The position numbers and the translations under genes were made by a program. From contig JBMFNR010000002.1 in the NCBI GenBank assembly GCA_049970055.1, forward strand, positions 212,406 through 276,405: a DNA stretch of 64,000 nt, in the 5' to 3' direction. The notes below the pieces were generated by a model. That model ran no database searches, had not been told where the DNA came from, and was given only the letters and a program-made list of their open reading frames with translations. The stretch is from Fervidobacterium sp. (GTDB lineage Bacteria; Thermotogota; Thermotogae; Thermotogales; Fervidobacteriaceae). Position 1 is the stretch's first letter. Each line of letters opens with the position of its first letter. Positions 19,794 to 30,918 of the stretch are shown in pieces.

Positions 19794-20512
19794 TGCAATT
19801 TGATAGAGACGTGAAAACAAGAATTTACTGGCTTGGTGTTCTCGTGTTTGTAGCGTTGATGGTCTTACTTTACGTATCAAAGCAAGGAAGTCTCGTGATT
19901 GTACAGAGTTCTTCGGAAGACAAGATCGTTAAAATACACGTAGAAATTCCTAGGTTGAGGAATTTAAAGAGTGTGGCATTTGAACAAGATATCAACGAGG
20001 AGATAGAAAGCAAAATAAGACAATTCGTTCAGCAAATAAAGAGTACTTCTCAAGAAGATTTTAAATCTGGTATTCAAAGATTTCCATACGAAGCGTACGT
20101 TAAAACACAATTACGGTATAATGATGGTAAGATAATTAGCTTTGTCGTATATTACTATGGATACACCGGTGGTGCTCACGGATCAACTATCTTCGATACA
20201 TACAATATAGATATCGAAAATTTAAGAGTTTTGAAGTTGTATGATATAATCCAAGAAGATGCAGAAAAAGTTGTAAAACAGGAGATAGTAAGGCAAATAG
20301 AGGAAAGAAAAAGCGATTTTTTTGAAGATGCAACTGCCACCGTTTTTAGCAAAGATATTTCCACGATGAGGTTTGTTATTTCAAAAGAAGGCATAACTTT
20401 TATATTCGATCAATATGAGTTAGCGCCGTATTCAACAGGTATGCCCGAGTTCGTATTACCGTGGAGTATACTCGATGGGTTTTTAAAGATCAATATAAAT
20501 GATAACTTTTAA
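19793..20512 (+). CDS. DUF3298/DUF4163 (RsiV/PdaC-like) membrane-anchored protein
   Basis: N-terminal TM, YTGGAHG and FDQYELAPYSTGMPEF motifs. Confidence 0.8.
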   Translation: MQFDRDVKTRIYWLGVLVFVALMVLLYVSKQGSLVIVQSSSEDKIVKIHVEIPRLRNLKSVAFEQDINEEIESKIRQFVQQIKSTSQEDFKSGIQRFPYEAYVKTQLRYNDGKIISFVVYYYGYTGGAHGSTIFDTYNIDIENLRVLKLYDIIQEDAEKVVKQEIVRQIEERKSDFFEDATATVFSKDISTMRFVISKEGITFIFDQYELAPYSTGMPEFVLPWSILDGFLKININDNF

Positions 20513-20539
20513 TAACTTTGTAAATTCGGGGGGATAGAG

Positions 20540-21862
20540 TTGAATGTAAGTAAAACAATTGATAGAAAAAGAACAGTTCTCTTTCTTTTTCTTTTACTTA
20601 CCATATTAAATGCCGATCAGATGGTTATGAGCCCAGTAATAGGGATGATAGAAAAAGAATTTAATGTGACTGATTCTCATATTGGGCTTGTTGGTGGGGT
20701 TTTTAGTATCGTTGGAGCTATCATTAGTTTGGTATGGGGTTATTTAACGGATAAATACGATAGGAAGAAATTACTCGTTGCATCAATATTGGTTGGCGAA
20801 ATACCTTGTCTTTTAACAGCTATTTCTGGTTCGTTTGAGCAGCTGTTTTTTTGGAGGGTATTGACAGGTATTGGTGTTGGTGCTTCATTTCCAATTTCTT
20901 ACTCTCTTGTTGGTGATCTGTTTGGTCACAAAGAGAGGGGAAAAGTAGTTTCTATTCTTGGCTTAGCTGTAAGTGTCGGTAGTATATTGGGAATGCTTGT
21001 TTCAGGCTATACTGCGGGCATTTTTGGATGGCGTATACCGTTCATACTCGTTTCATCACCAAATTTGATATTGATACCACTTATTTGGTATTACATTGAA
21101 CAACCAAAAAGAGCATCGTGTGAGGAAGGATTCGAAGAAGGTGATGCTGTTTACACGTATTCGATAAAAATTTCAGACTATTTGAACTTATTTAGAGTAA
21201 AAACAAATTTACTTTTATTTTTCCAAGGTATCGCTGGTACAGTTCCCTGGGGTGTTATACCCTTCTTTTTGATAGAGTTCTTGAAAAGAGAGAAAGGCAT
21301 GGATCTCAAGACAGCAACTACTGTTTTTTTACTCTTTGCCATTGGTAGTATAGTTGGTAATGTTTTAGGAGGATTCCTTGGTGAAAGGCTTTATCGTATC
21401 TCTAAGCGTTTAGTCCCACTCGTATCAGCTGCAACAACTGTCATTGGTGTGTTTTTTACAATCTTGGTTTTTAAATTCGATTATCGTCAGGGAACATTAT
21501 TAACTCTTGGAGTGATAGGATTTTTAGCTGCTATGGTTGATTCGTACACGGGACCAAATGTTAAAATGATGCTTTTAAATGTCAATGAACCCAAGAATAG
21601 AGGTAGGATTTTCTCGATATTTAATCTCACTGATTCAGTTGGCAACGGTGTCGGAAGATTTATTGGCGGGATTTTATCGGTCAGCTTCGGAAGTATCGGC
21701 GTCGCTCTTGAGATAAGTACTTACTTCTGGCTTATTTGTGGGTTTTTGCTGATGCTTGCAGCTTGGTTTTTTGATAGTGAAGTAGAATTGTTGAATGAAA
21801 AAATGAGAAAGCTTGCAAGCAAAGAGCTATGCGAACATTCTAAAAGTTTAGAAGATGTTTAA
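20540..21862 (+). CDS. MFS transporter
   Basis: About 12 TM segments, GYLTDKYDRK motif A, RVLTGIG. Confidence 0.9.
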   Translation: MNVSKTIDRKRTVLFLFLLLTILNADQMVMSPVIGMIEKEFNVTDSHIGLVGGVFSIVGAIISLVWGYLTDKYDRKKLLVASILVGEIPCLLTAISGSFEQLFFWRVLTGIGVGASFPISYSLVGDLFGHKERGKVVSILGLAVSVGSILGMLVSGYTAGIFGWRIPFILVSSPNLILIPLIWYYIEQPKRASCEEGFEEGDAVYTYSIKISDYLNLFRVKTNLLLFFQGIAGTVPWGVIPFFLIEFLKREKGMDLKTATTVFLLFAIGSIVGNVLGGFLGERLYRISKRLVPLVSAATTVIGVFFTILVFKFDYRQGTLLTLGVIGFLAAMVDSYTGPNVKMMLLNVNEPKNRGRIFSIFNLTDSVGNGVGRFIGGILSVSFGSIGVALEISTYFWLICGFLLMLAAWFFDSEVELLNEKMRKLASKELCEHSKSLEDV

Positions 21863-21886
21863 AATGCTTAGAATATAAAATAAAAA

Positions 21887-21976
21887 TGGCGGAGGCGGTG
21901 GGACTCGAACCCACATGGTGGTTTAACCACCACCGATTTTCAAGACCGGCTCCTTAGCCAGTTCGGACACGCCTCC
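21887..21976 (-). tRNA. tRNA-Ser(TGA)
   Basis: GGAGGCG acceptor stem, CTTGAAA anticodon loop, long variable arm, GGTTCGAGTCC, encoded CCA. Confidence 0.97.
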
Positions 21977-21989
21977 GTCCAGCGTTAGA

Positions 21990-22018
21990 ATTATACATCG
22001 ATCTGAAAATTTCGTCAA
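21990..22018 (-). promoter_or_regulatory. tRNA-Ser promoter
   Basis: Minus strand TTGACG-17 nt-TATAAT. Confidence 0.8.
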
Positions 22019-22050
22019 GTGGAAAAGTTAGCACACAGGAGGTATGATGG

Positions 22051-24060
22051 ATGCAGGAACTAAAAAACTTGAGAGATTATCTGAGAGGTAAAATTACAGG
22101 AAAAACTCTCTACGCCTTACCCAAGCAGTGGTTTGTTTTCCATTATCCTGGAAAGCTTTCCACAAAAGATGGAAAGTACTTTGTTGACCCATACGAATAT
22201 TATTCGTATTTAATCGACTGGGTACTTCAAAGTGACAAGGGGCTAGATTACTCAAAATCCTTAGCTTATCTCAACGGTGAGAACAACACTAGCTGGATAA
22301 GAAATGCAAAAATGTATGGTGCTCTTCCAAGAACAACAGTTGCATACAATCATAAGGGTTTTGGTAGCTTTGAGCCAGAGGATATATTTGGGCATAGGGA
22401 AACGGGTACATTTCTAAAGATGATTGCGCTTTTACCGTATTTGAAGAACATGGGGATGAATGTACTTTATATGTTACCTATATCAAAAATGAGTAACGTT
22501 TTCAAAAAAGGCGAAGTTGGTTCACCATATGCGGTAAAAAATCCTGTAGAACTCGATGAGAGTTACAGTGATCCTCTTGTTGATTGTTTCTCCGTTGAGG
22601 AACAATTCAAAGCTCTTGTTCAGGCTGCGCATATACTCGGTATACGTGTTGTTTTGGATTTCATTCCAAGGACAGCGGCAAGAGACAGTGACTTGATAAA
22701 AGAACATCCTGATTGGTTCTACTGGATTAAGATTGAGGAAGTGAGTGGTTACAAACCACCATACATTCCAGAATTACCATTCAAAATACCCGATGCTACA
22801 GATCTAGAAGTTATATATTCAAACGAGGAGGTAAAAAGGCATCTTGAGAAATTTACACTTTCACCTGGCAAATTAGATCCAAAAAAGTGGCAAAAGGTTA
22901 AGAAGATGGAGGGTAATATTCTTTCAAACATAGCCAAAGAATTCGGAATTATAACTCCCCCGGGTTTCTCAGATTGGGTAAATGACCCACAACCTACTTG
23001 GGATGATGTAACGTTCTTAAGACTTTACCTTGACCATCCAGCGGAAAGTCAAAAATACGTATCGAAAGAACAGCCACCATATGTGTTGTTTGACGTTATT
23101 AAATCAAGCAAATTCCCAGGTAATGTACCGAATAAAGAGCTTTGGGAATATTTATCAAATATTATTCCATCGTACCAGAAAAGATTTGGAATAGATGGTG
23201 CAAGGATTGATATGGGGCACGCGCTTCCATCAAATTTGCAAGACATGATTATCTCAAAAGCAAGAGACATAGATCCTGCGTTTGTATTTATAGCCGAAGA
23301 ATTAGAAATGAAGAATGACGAAAAAGCAAAAAACGAAGGGTATGATTGTATACTTGGAAATAGTTGGTACGCCGTAGCAAGACCGAGAGAATTTTATAGA
23401 TTCATTGAGGAGATTGTACCACAACTGAAAGTGCCGTTTATAGCCTCATGTGAAACACCAGATACTCCAAGAATCGTAGTTAGAGAGAATGGTGATAAAT
23501 TAAAATATCTTGCACCGGCACTCTTGTATTTTGCCCCAAATTCGATACCGTACGTTAATACAGGCCAAGAAATAGAGGAAACTCAACCTATGAACCTTGG
23601 CTTGGATAATAATATATTTGGAAAAACAATTTTACCCCCAGATGACCAATTTTATGGAAAGCTTGCATTCTTCGACTATTTTGCACTGCACTGGGATAAG
23701 AGTGAGGCAGGTATGTACGACTACTTGCGAAAGTTACTCAATTTAAGGGAAAGATTATCGGAGTTCTACAATGGGGAATTTAGGTATGTGTATCTGAACT
23801 ATCAAGACGGCCTGACAGCGAATTACAGTTTCTGGAAAAAAGATGAAGCTCTCATAATACTTGGTAACCTTAACTTAGTCCATGGTAGGTATGTTGAAAT
23901 ATATATTAACGAAACTGCTGGACGACCAGTAGAGGTACGAAGTGTTAAGATAATAACGCGTTTTGGAGCGAAGAATTTACCACTACAAATGACAAACGTG
24001 ATCCCGTATGAGTTAGCAGCAGGTGACTTTGTAATTATACTTTTGAACAAGGACATATGA
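22051..24060 (+). CDS. mmtA: GH13 maltodextrin glycosyltransferase (maltosyltransferase)
   Basis: SPYAVK, LDFIPRTAARDS, GARIDMGHALP, IAEE, ETPDTPR as in Thermotoga maltosyltransferase. Confidence 0.85.
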   Translation: MQELKNLRDYLRGKITGKTLYALPKQWFVFHYPGKLSTKDGKYFVDPYEYYSYLIDWVLQSDKGLDYSKSLAYLNGENNTSWIRNAKMYGALPRTTVAYNHKGFGSFEPEDIFGHRETGTFLKMIALLPYLKNMGMNVLYMLPISKMSNVFKKGEVGSPYAVKNPVELDESYSDPLVDCFSVEEQFKALVQAAHILGIRVVLDFIPRTAARDSDLIKEHPDWFYWIKIEEVSGYKPPYIPELPFKIPDATDLEVIYSNEEVKRHLEKFTLSPGKLDPKKWQKVKKMEGNILSNIAKEFGIITPPGFSDWVNDPQPTWDDVTFLRLYLDHPAESQKYVSKEQPPYVLFDVIKSSKFPGNVPNKELWEYLSNIIPSYQKRFGIDGARIDMGHALPSNLQDMIISKARDIDPAFVFIAEELEMKNDEKAKNEGYDCILGNSWYAVARPREFYRFIEEIVPQLKVPFIASCETPDTPRIVVRENGDKLKYLAPALLYFAPNSIPYVNTGQEIEETQPMNLGLDNNIFGKTILPPDDQFYGKLAFFDYFALHWDKSEAGMYDYLRKLLNLRERLSEFYNGEFRYVYLNYQDGLTANYSFWKKDEALIILGNLNLVHGRYVEIYINETAGRPVEVRSVKIITRFGAKNLPLQMTNVIPYELAAGDFVIILLNKDI

Positions 24061-24077
24061 TAATTTTAAAAAAACTC

Positions 24078-24106
24078 TTGACAGAACAACTTTTACATAG
24101 TAAAAT
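24078..24106 (+). promoter_or_regulatory. tRNA-Val/Gln promoter
   Basis: TTGACA-17 nt-TAAAAT. Confidence 0.8.
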
Positions 24107-24143
24107 CTGTATCGCTGATGCTGAAAATACGTCAGCAACAAGT

Positions 24144-24218
24144 GGGTGCGTAGCTCAGTGGGAGAGCGCTTCCTTGACGCGGAAGAGGTCGTAGGTTCAA
24201 TCCCTGCCGCACCCACCA
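24144..24218 (+). tRNA. tRNA-Val(GAC)
   Basis: Cloverleaf, CTTCC-TTGACGC-GGAAG anticodon arm, CCA end. Confidence 0.97.
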
Positions 24219-24306
24219 CTCTTTTAATATCAATAATTCCTAAAAACTGCGGTCTTAAATTTAGGCGATACAGCGCAAAGGTAGGCTAAAGCTGCGGTAA
24301 AGATGC

Positions 24307-24381
24307 TGGGGCGTCGTCTAATTGGCAGGACCCTGGACTTTGGCTCCAGTTGTGTAGGTTCGAGTCCTACCGCCCCAGCCA
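24307..24381 (+). tRNA. tRNA-Gln(TTG)
   Basis: TGGGGCG acceptor, CTGGA-CTTTGGC-TCCAG anticodon arm, CCA end. Confidence 0.97.
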
Positions 24382-24420
24382 GTTTAGTAAACACTTAAAC
24401 AAAAATAATATACGAACTCT

Positions 24421-24446
24421 ACGGGCGCTATAGCGCCCGTTCTTTT
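24421..24446 (+). terminator. tRNA operon terminator
   Basis: ACGGGCGC-TATA-GCGCCCGT then TCTTTT. Confidence 0.8.
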
Positions 24447-24525
24447 AGCAATGTTGGTTAGTTTATCGTATGAAATTAAAGACGCCCGATATCGTGTACG
24501 CAACAAAAAATTCACACGGGCTTTA

Positions 24526-24554
24526 TTGTATTTTTGTAAAAGTGCGTTTATAAT
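24526..24554 (+). promoter_or_regulatory. str operon promoter
   Basis: TTGTAT-17 nt-TATAAT upstream of rpsL. Confidence 0.65.
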
Positions 24555-24590
24555 ATCACACGAGTGTATATGATTGAAGGGAGGGTTTAG

Positions 24591-24992
24591 ATGCCAACTA
24601 TTAATCAGTTAGTGAGACACGGTAGGCAGAAGATTAAGGAGAAATCCAAGTCACCAGCATTGCAGGGGCACCCACAGAAAAGAGGAGTTTGTGTCAGGGT
24701 TTCGACAATGACACCGAAAAAGCCAAACTCAGCTCTCAGAAAGATAGCAAAGGTTAGATTGAGCAACGGTATAGAAGTAACAGCGTATATTCCAGGTATA
24801 GGCCATAATCTTCAGGAACACTCCATCGTTCTTGTAAGAGGTGGAAGGGTTAAGGACCTTCCAGGTGTTAGGTACAAAATTATCCGCGGTGCTCTTGATG
24901 CAGCAGGTGTTGAAAACAGACGCCAGAGCAGAAGTAAGTATGGTGCAAAGAGACCAAAGGCTGGAGCAGCAGGCGCAAAGGGCAAGAAATAA
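24591..24992 (+). CDS. rpsL: 30S ribosomal protein S12
   Basis: [30 protein letters not shown]. Confidence 0.99.
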   Translation: MPTINQLVRHGRQKIKEKSKSPALQGHPQKRGVCVRVSTMTPKKPNSALRKIAKVRLSNGIEVTAYIPGIGHNLQEHSIVLVRGGRVKDLPGVRYKIIRGALDAAGVENRRQSRSKYGAKRPKAGAAGAKGKK

Positions 24993-25004
24993 GGAGGGAA
25001 TTGA

Positions 25005-25472
<468 letters not shown>

Positions 25473-25508
25473 TTTAGAGTTTAGTTCTATGTCTTTGAGG
25501 AGGAAAGT

Positions 25509-27587
25509 ATGGAAGAGATAAAGGCATTATATGTCGACCTGAATAAGCTTAGAAACATAGGAATAATGGCGCACATTGACGCTGGTAAAACGACTACAAC
25601 CGAGCGTATACTTTTTTTTACAGGTAGAAAGCACCAGATTGGTAGTGTTGATGATGGAACTGCAACGATGGATTGGATGATTCAGGAAAAAGAAAGAGGA
25701 ATCACCATAACATCGGCTGCAACAACATGTTTTTGGAAAGAACATCGTATTAACATCATCGATACACCAGGCCACGTTGACTTTACAATCGAAGTCGAAA
25801 GGTCGCTAAGGGTTCTTGATGGGGCAATAGCGGTCTTTGATGCAACCGCAGGTGTTGAACCACAGTCTGAAACTGTTTGGAGGCAGGCAGATAAATACAA
25901 TGTACCAAGAATTGCTTTCATGAATAAGATGGACAAAACGGGTGCTGATTTCGATATGGCTGTCCAAACAATGCTTGAAAGACTTGGTGCACATCCAATT
26001 CCTGTCCAAATACCGATGGGTGCCGAAAGCGATTTTAAGGGTGTTGTTGACTTAGTTGAAATGAAGGCAATTAGATGGCTTAATCCAGAAGGTACGGAGA
26101 TGGTTGTCGAAGAAATTCCTGCTCAGTGGCGTTATAAAGCCGAAGAAGCAAGGGAAGACATGATAGAGAAGATCGCAGAAGTTGACGATGAGGTAATGGA
26201 ACTGTACCTTGAAGGTGAAGAGCCAAGTATCGATCAGATTCATGCGGCACTCAGAAGGATAACTATTGCTGGATTGGGCACACCTGTTTTTTGTGGTTCA
26301 GCTAAGATGAACTTGGGAATTCAACCCCTTCTCGACGGTGTTATCAGGTATCTTCCATCGCCGTTGGATCTACCACCAGTTCGTGGCTTTGATAAAGATG
26401 GTAACGAAATACAAGTTTACCCCAAGGAAGACGGGCACTTTGTGGCATACGCGTTCAAGATTCAAACTGACCCATATGTAGGGAAGTTAACATTCCTTAG
26501 AGTGTACAGTGGTAGGCTTGAGAAAGGAAGTTATGTAGTTAACACAACAAAGGGAATAAAAGAAAGAGTTTCGAGGCTTATCTTCTTACATGCCGATAAG
26601 CGCGAAGACGTGGATTACATAAGAGCTGGAGACATCGTTGGAGTCATTGGAATGAAGAGTACTGTAACTGGTGATACTGTCTGTGAGGAGAACACGTACG
26701 TTGTTTTGGAGAAAATGGAATTTCCAGAACCAGTTATATCTATCGCGATTGAACCAGTGACAAAAGATGATGAAACAAAGCTTTCAAAAGCGCTCCAAGC
26801 ACTTCTTGACGAAGATCCTTCACTAAGAGCTTACGTTGATCAAGAGACAGGCGAAACTATTCTTTCAGGAATGGGAGAATTACACCTTGAAATCATTGTT
26901 GATAGGCTCAAAAGGGAATTTAATGTTAATGTGAGAGTTGGTAAGCCACAGGTTGCTTACAGAGAAACGATTACAAAAGAAGTCAAAACTGAAGGTAAAT
27001 ACATCAGGCAGAGTGGTGGTAGAGGTCAGTACGGTCACGTTGTTATTCAGTTCGAGCCACTCAGTCTTGACAAAACGTTTGAATTTGTTGACAAAACGGT
27101 TGGTGGTGTAATACCAAAACAGTACATACCAGCTATTGAAGAGGGAATAAAAGAAGCCTTACAAGTAGGTGTGTTGGCAGGTTACCCAGTTGTTGGTGTG
27201 AAAGCAACGCTACTTGATGGTTCATACCACGAAGTAGACTCGTCGGAAATGGCATTTAAAATAGCAGCAAGTATGGCTTTCAAAGAAGCAATGGAAAAGG
27301 GTAGTCCAGCGTTGCTTGAGCCGATAATGAAAGTGGAAGTTACGACACCAGAAGAGTACATGGGAAATATCATAGCTGATCTCAACTCAAGAAGAGCGCA
27401 CATAGACGCACTAGAAAACAGAGGTCATCTAAGAGTAATAAGAGCGTTAGTTCCACTAAGTGAAATGTTTGGATACGCAACCACGCTTAGGTCACTTTCA
27501 CAAGGTAGGGCTAACTATGTAATGGTACTTTCCCACTACGAGAAAGTACCAGAAAAAGTAGCAGAAAAAATACTTAAAGGACAATAA
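25509..27587 (+). CDS. fusA: Elongation factor G
   Basis: [32 protein letters not shown]. Confidence 0.99.
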   Translation: MEEIKALYVDLNKLRNIGIMAHIDAGKTTTTERILFFTGRKHQIGSVDDGTATMDWMIQEKERGITITSAATTCFWKEHRINIIDTPGHVDFTIEVERSLRVLDGAIAVFDATAGVEPQSETVWRQADKYNVPRIAFMNKMDKTGADFDMAVQTMLERLGAHPIPVQIPMGAESDFKGVVDLVEMKAIRWLNPEGTEMVVEEIPAQWRYKAEEAREDMIEKIAEVDDEVMELYLEGEEPSIDQIHAALRRITIAGLGTPVFCGSAKMNLGIQPLLDGVIRYLPSPLDLPPVRGFDKDGNEIQVYPKEDGHFVAYAFKIQTDPYVGKLTFLRVYSGRLEKGSYVVNTTKGIKERVSRLIFLHADKREDVDYIRAGDIVGVIGMKSTVTGDTVCEENTYVVLEKMEFPEPVISIAIEPVTKDDETKLSKALQALLDEDPSLRAYVDQETGETILSGMGELHLEIIVDRLKREFNVNVRVGKPQVAYRETITKEVKTEGKYIRQSGGRGQYGHVVIQFEPLSLDKTFEFVDKTVGGVIPKQYIPAIEEGIKEALQVGVLAGYPVVGVKATLLDGSYHEVDSSEMAFKIAASMAFKEAMEKGSPALLEPIMKVEVTTPEEYMGNIIADLNSRRAHIDALENRGHLRVIRALVPLSEMFGYATTLRSLSQGRANYVMVLSHYEKVPEKVAEKILKGQ

Positions 27588-27629
27588 ACTACATTACTCC
27601 ACCATAGGTGAAGAAGGAGGGGCAAAAGT

Positions 27630-28832
27630 ATGGCAAAGGAAAAATTTGTAAGAACCAAACCTCACATGAACGTCGGTACGATCGGGCACATTGACCATGG
27701 AAAGACAACACTTACAGCTGCTATTACAAAGTACTGTTCACTCTTTGGATGGGCAGACTACACACCATACGAAATGATCGACAAGGCACCAGAAGAAAGA
27801 GCAAGAGGTATCACCATCAACATTACACACGTTGAGTACCAAACAGAAAAGAGACACTACGCACACATTGACTGTCCAGGACACGCTGACTACATCAAAA
27901 ACATGATCACTGGTGCAGCTCAGATGGATGGTGCAATTCTTGTCGTTGCAGCAACAGATGGCCCAATGCCACAGACACGAGAGCACGTTCTTCTTGCAAG
28001 ACAAGTTAACGTTCCTGCAATGATTGTTTACATCAACAAAGTTGATATGGTTGACGACCCTGAACTTGTTGATCTTGTTGAAATGGAAGTTAGAGACTTG
28101 CTCAGCAAATACGAATTTCCTGGTGACGAAGTTCCAGTAATCAGAGGTTCCGCTCTTAAAGCAGTTGAAGCACCAAACGATCCAAACCATCCAGATCTTC
28201 AATCAATAAAGGAACTTCTCGATGCAATGGATAATTACTTCCCAGAACCAGTTCGTGAAGTAGATAAACCATTCCTTATGCCAATAGAAGACGTATTCAC
28301 AATCACGGGAAGAGGTACAGTTGTTACAGGAAGAATCGAACGTGGCGTTATTAAACCAGGTGTTGAAGCAGAAATCATTGGTATGAGCTATGAGACAAGA
28401 AAAACAGTTATAACAAGCGTTGAAATGTTCAGAAAAGAACTTGACGAAGCAATGGCTGGAGACAACGTTGGATGTCTGTTGAGAGGTATTGATAAAGACG
28501 AAGTTGAAAGAGGACAAGTTATCGCAAAGCCAGGTTCAATCACACCACACAAGAAGTTCAAAGCGAACATCTACGTCTTGAAAAAAGAAGAAGGTGGACG
28601 TCATACACCATTCACAAAAGGATACAAGCCACAGTTCTACATTAGAACAGCTGATGTAACAGGTGAAATTGTTGACCTTCCAGCAGGTGTCGAAATGGTT
28701 ATGCCTGGTGATAACGTCGAAATGACAATAGAACTCATCTATCCAGTAGCTATCGAAAAAGGTATGAGATTTGCTGTTCGTGAAGGTGGAAGAACAGTTG
28801 GTGCAGGAGTTGTCTCAGAAATAATTGAGTAA
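27630..28832 (+). CDS. tuf: Elongation factor Tu
   Basis: [29 protein letters not shown]. Confidence 0.99.
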   Translation: MAKEKFVRTKPHMNVGTIGHIDHGKTTLTAAITKYCSLFGWADYTPYEMIDKAPEERARGITINITHVEYQTEKRHYAHIDCPGHADYIKNMITGAAQMDGAILVVAATDGPMPQTREHVLLARQVNVPAMIVYINKVDMVDDPELVDLVEMEVRDLLSKYEFPGDEVPVIRGSALKAVEAPNDPNHPDLQSIKELLDAMDNYFPEPVREVDKPFLMPIEDVFTITGRGTVVTGRIERGVIKPGVEAEIIGMSYETRKTVITSVEMFRKELDEAMAGDNVGCLLRGIDKDEVERGQVIAKPGSITPHKKFKANIYVLKKEEGGRHTPFTKGYKPQFYIRTADVTGEIVDLPAGVEMVMPGDNVEMTIELIYPVAIEKGMRFAVREGGRTVGAGVVSEIIE

Positions 28833-28871
28833 TAGTTACTACCTATCAAAAATAGTGATATCGATGTAATT

Positions 28872-28891
28872 GGGGGGGATCCCCCCCTTTT
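28872..28891 (+). terminator. G7-AT-C7-T4 hairpin between tuf and rpsJ (terminator or attenuator)
   Basis: GGGGGGGATCCCCCCCTTTT a few nt before the rpsJ SD. Confidence 0.65.
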
Positions 28892-28910
28892 CTGAGAAGG
28901 AGGGTAAGAC

Positions 28911-29219
28911 ATGCCAGGGCAAAAAATTAGAATCAGATTGAGAGCATATGACCATAGATTGCTCGACGAATCTGCCAAAAAAATTGTCGAAGTTGCAAGG
29001 CAAACAAATGCTAAGGTTTCGGGTCCTATACCACTGCCAACAGAAAGAACACTTTATGTAGTATTAAGGTCACCGCTTAAACACAAAGACTCACGTGAAC
29101 AATTTGAAAAGAAGGTACACAAAAGGCTCATCGATATAATAGAACCGAACTCAAAAACGATTGACGCTCTGATGAAGATTAATCTTCCAGCAGGTGTCGA
29201 CGTTGAAATCAATCTGTGA
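28911..29219 (+). CDS. rpsJ: 30S ribosomal protein S10
   Basis: [24 protein letters not shown]. Confidence 0.99.
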   Translation: MPGQKIRIRLRAYDHRLLDESAKKIVEVARQTNAKVSGPIPLPTERTLYVVLRSPLKHKDSREQFEKKVHKRLIDIIEPNSKTIDALMKINLPAGVDVEINL

Positions 29220-29239
29220 GTCCTTGGAGGTGTTTTGAG

Positions 29240-29863
29240 ATGAAGTTTATAATTGCAAGAAAAGTAGGAATGACCAGACTGTGGAAAGACGATAAGGTTA
29301 TTCCAGTCACAGTTCTCAAAGCCGGTCCTTGTGTTGTTGTTCAGAAGAAAACGGTTGAAAAAGATGGGTACAATGCAGTACAAGTCGGTTTTGAAGAAAT
29401 AAGTGAAAAGAAGCTTACGAAACCAATGCTTGGTGTTTTCAAAAAGGCAAATGTTAGACCAATGAGAGTTTTGAAAGAATTTAGAGTCGAAAATGTTGAT
29501 GAGTATTCCGTTGGACAAGAAATAACAGTTGCAATTTTCCAAGAAGGCGATAAAATAGACATTACAGGTTGGTCAAAAGGTAGAGGTTATTCTGGTGCAA
29601 TGAAAAGATGGAATTTCCAAGGTGGACCAAAGGCGCACGGTGCAAAATTCCACAGGGAACTTGGTTCAGTTGGTCAACACACTGAACCGGCGAGGATATT
29701 CAAAGGTAAAAGAATGCCTGGAAGGTACGGTAATGAAAGGATAACAGTACTCAATTCAGAAGTAGTTAAAATTGATACAGAGAACAATCTCTTAGCGGTT
29801 AAAGGTGGAGTGCCAGGAGCAAGGGGCAGCCTTGTTCTGATAAGAAGCGCAGTTAAGCAATAA
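29240..29863 (+). CDS. rplC: 50S ribosomal protein L3
   Basis: KVGMT, IPVTV, KGRG, KGGVPG; GGAGG SD before MKFII. Confidence 0.99.
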   Translation: MKFIIARKVGMTRLWKDDKVIPVTVLKAGPCVVVQKKTVEKDGYNAVQVGFEEISEKKLTKPMLGVFKKANVRPMRVLKEFRVENVDEYSVGQEITVAIFQEGDKIDITGWSKGRGYSGAMKRWNFQGGPKAHGAKFHRELGSVGQHTEPARIFKGKRMPGRYGNERITVLNSEVVKIDTENNLLAVKGGVPGARGSLVLIRSAVKQ

Positions 29864-29934
29864 TCGTTTTTTTACTTTTTAACTGCGCAGAGCAAGAGTG
29901 TGCTCCGAAAATGGAGTAAGGGAGGACGAAGAAT

Positions 29935-30606
29935 ATGGCACAAACAGTACTTTACAACATCAAGGGTGAGAAGATCGGAAACATCGAACTTAGTGATGAG
30001 ATTTTCAGTATCGAACCAAACCTTGACGTCATGTGGCGCTACATTGATATGCAACTGACAAATGCAAGATCAGGTACAGCATCCACAAAAACAAGAGGAG
30101 AAGTAGCTGGTGGAGGAAGAAAACCTTGGCCGCAAAAGCACACGGGTAGAGCAAGGCAAGGTTCTATAAGGGCAATTCACTGGAGACACGGTGGTGTTGC
30201 TCACGGTCCGAAACCAAGAAATTACTTGAAAAGGTTAAACAAAAAGATGAAGAGATTAGCTCTTAAATCGGCTCTTTCAGCGCGTTTCCAAGAAGGAAAT
30301 CTCATTGTTGTAAGCGACATACGATTTGAAAAAGCGCAAACAAAACAGATGAGAGAAGTTCTCAAAAATCTCGGAATCGCTGACGAAAAGGTGCTTTTTG
30401 TTCTTCCGAGAAAAGAAGAAGTGTACGAAAACGTTAAGCTTTCTGGAAGAAATATTCCCGGTGTAAAGGTTATAATTGCAGATAATCCGAACAATGGAAA
30501 TCCAGTTAATATCGATGGTTTGAATGTTTACGATATAATCAATGCTTCAAAGGTTGTCCTTACAGAGGGCACCGTTCGCAAAATTGAGGAGGTGCTCAGC
30601 AAATGA
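29935..30606 (+). CDS. rplD: 50S ribosomal protein L4
   Basis: [26 protein letters not shown]. Confidence 0.99.
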   Translation: MAQTVLYNIKGEKIGNIELSDEIFSIEPNLDVMWRYIDMQLTNARSGTASTKTRGEVAGGGRKPWPQKHTGRARQGSIRAIHWRHGGVAHGPKPRNYLKRLNKKMKRLALKSALSARFQEGNLIVVSDIRFEKAQTKQMREVLKNLGIADEKVLFVLPRKEEVYENVKLSGRNIPGVKVIIADNPNNGNPVNIDGLNVYDIINASKVVLTEGTVRKIEEVLSK

Positions 30607-30905
30607 GAAAAGAATATTCAGACATCATCATCAGACCTATAATAAGCGAAAAATCGATGATGCTTAGAGCAAACCGTGAATATGTATTTGAGGTCAATAA
30701 GAATGCAAATAAGGAACAAATAAAGGAAGCTGTTGAGAAACTCTTTAACGTAAAAGTTGAAAGAGTCAACACTTTAATTGTTAAGCCGAAACCAAAGAGA
30801 GACCTCAGAAGAGGTTACATGGCAAGAGAAGGTTACACAAAAGAATGGAAAAAAGCCATAGTCAAATTAGTAGAAGGCTATGTAATTAAAGAACTCCAAG
30901 CATAA
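30603..30905 (+). CDS. rplW: 50S ribosomal protein L23
   Basis: [25 protein letters not shown]. Confidence 0.98.
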   Translation: MRKEYSDIIIRPIISEKSMMLRANREYVFEVNKNANKEQIKEAVEKLFNVKVERVNTLIVKPKPKRDLRRGYMAREGYTKEWKKAIVKLVEGYVIKELQA

Positions 30906-30918
30906 GGGGTGAAAAACA

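Noticed and set aside
24219..24306. Spacer between tRNA-Val and tRNA-Gln with small hairpins and two CTGCGGT words
   Set aside because: No cloverleaf or known ncRNA signature; compatible with an ordinary precursor spacer
24484..24521. GCCCG...CGGGC inverted repeat upstream of rpsL
   Set aside because: Short, interrupted and upstream of the predicted promoter, so probably not transcribed
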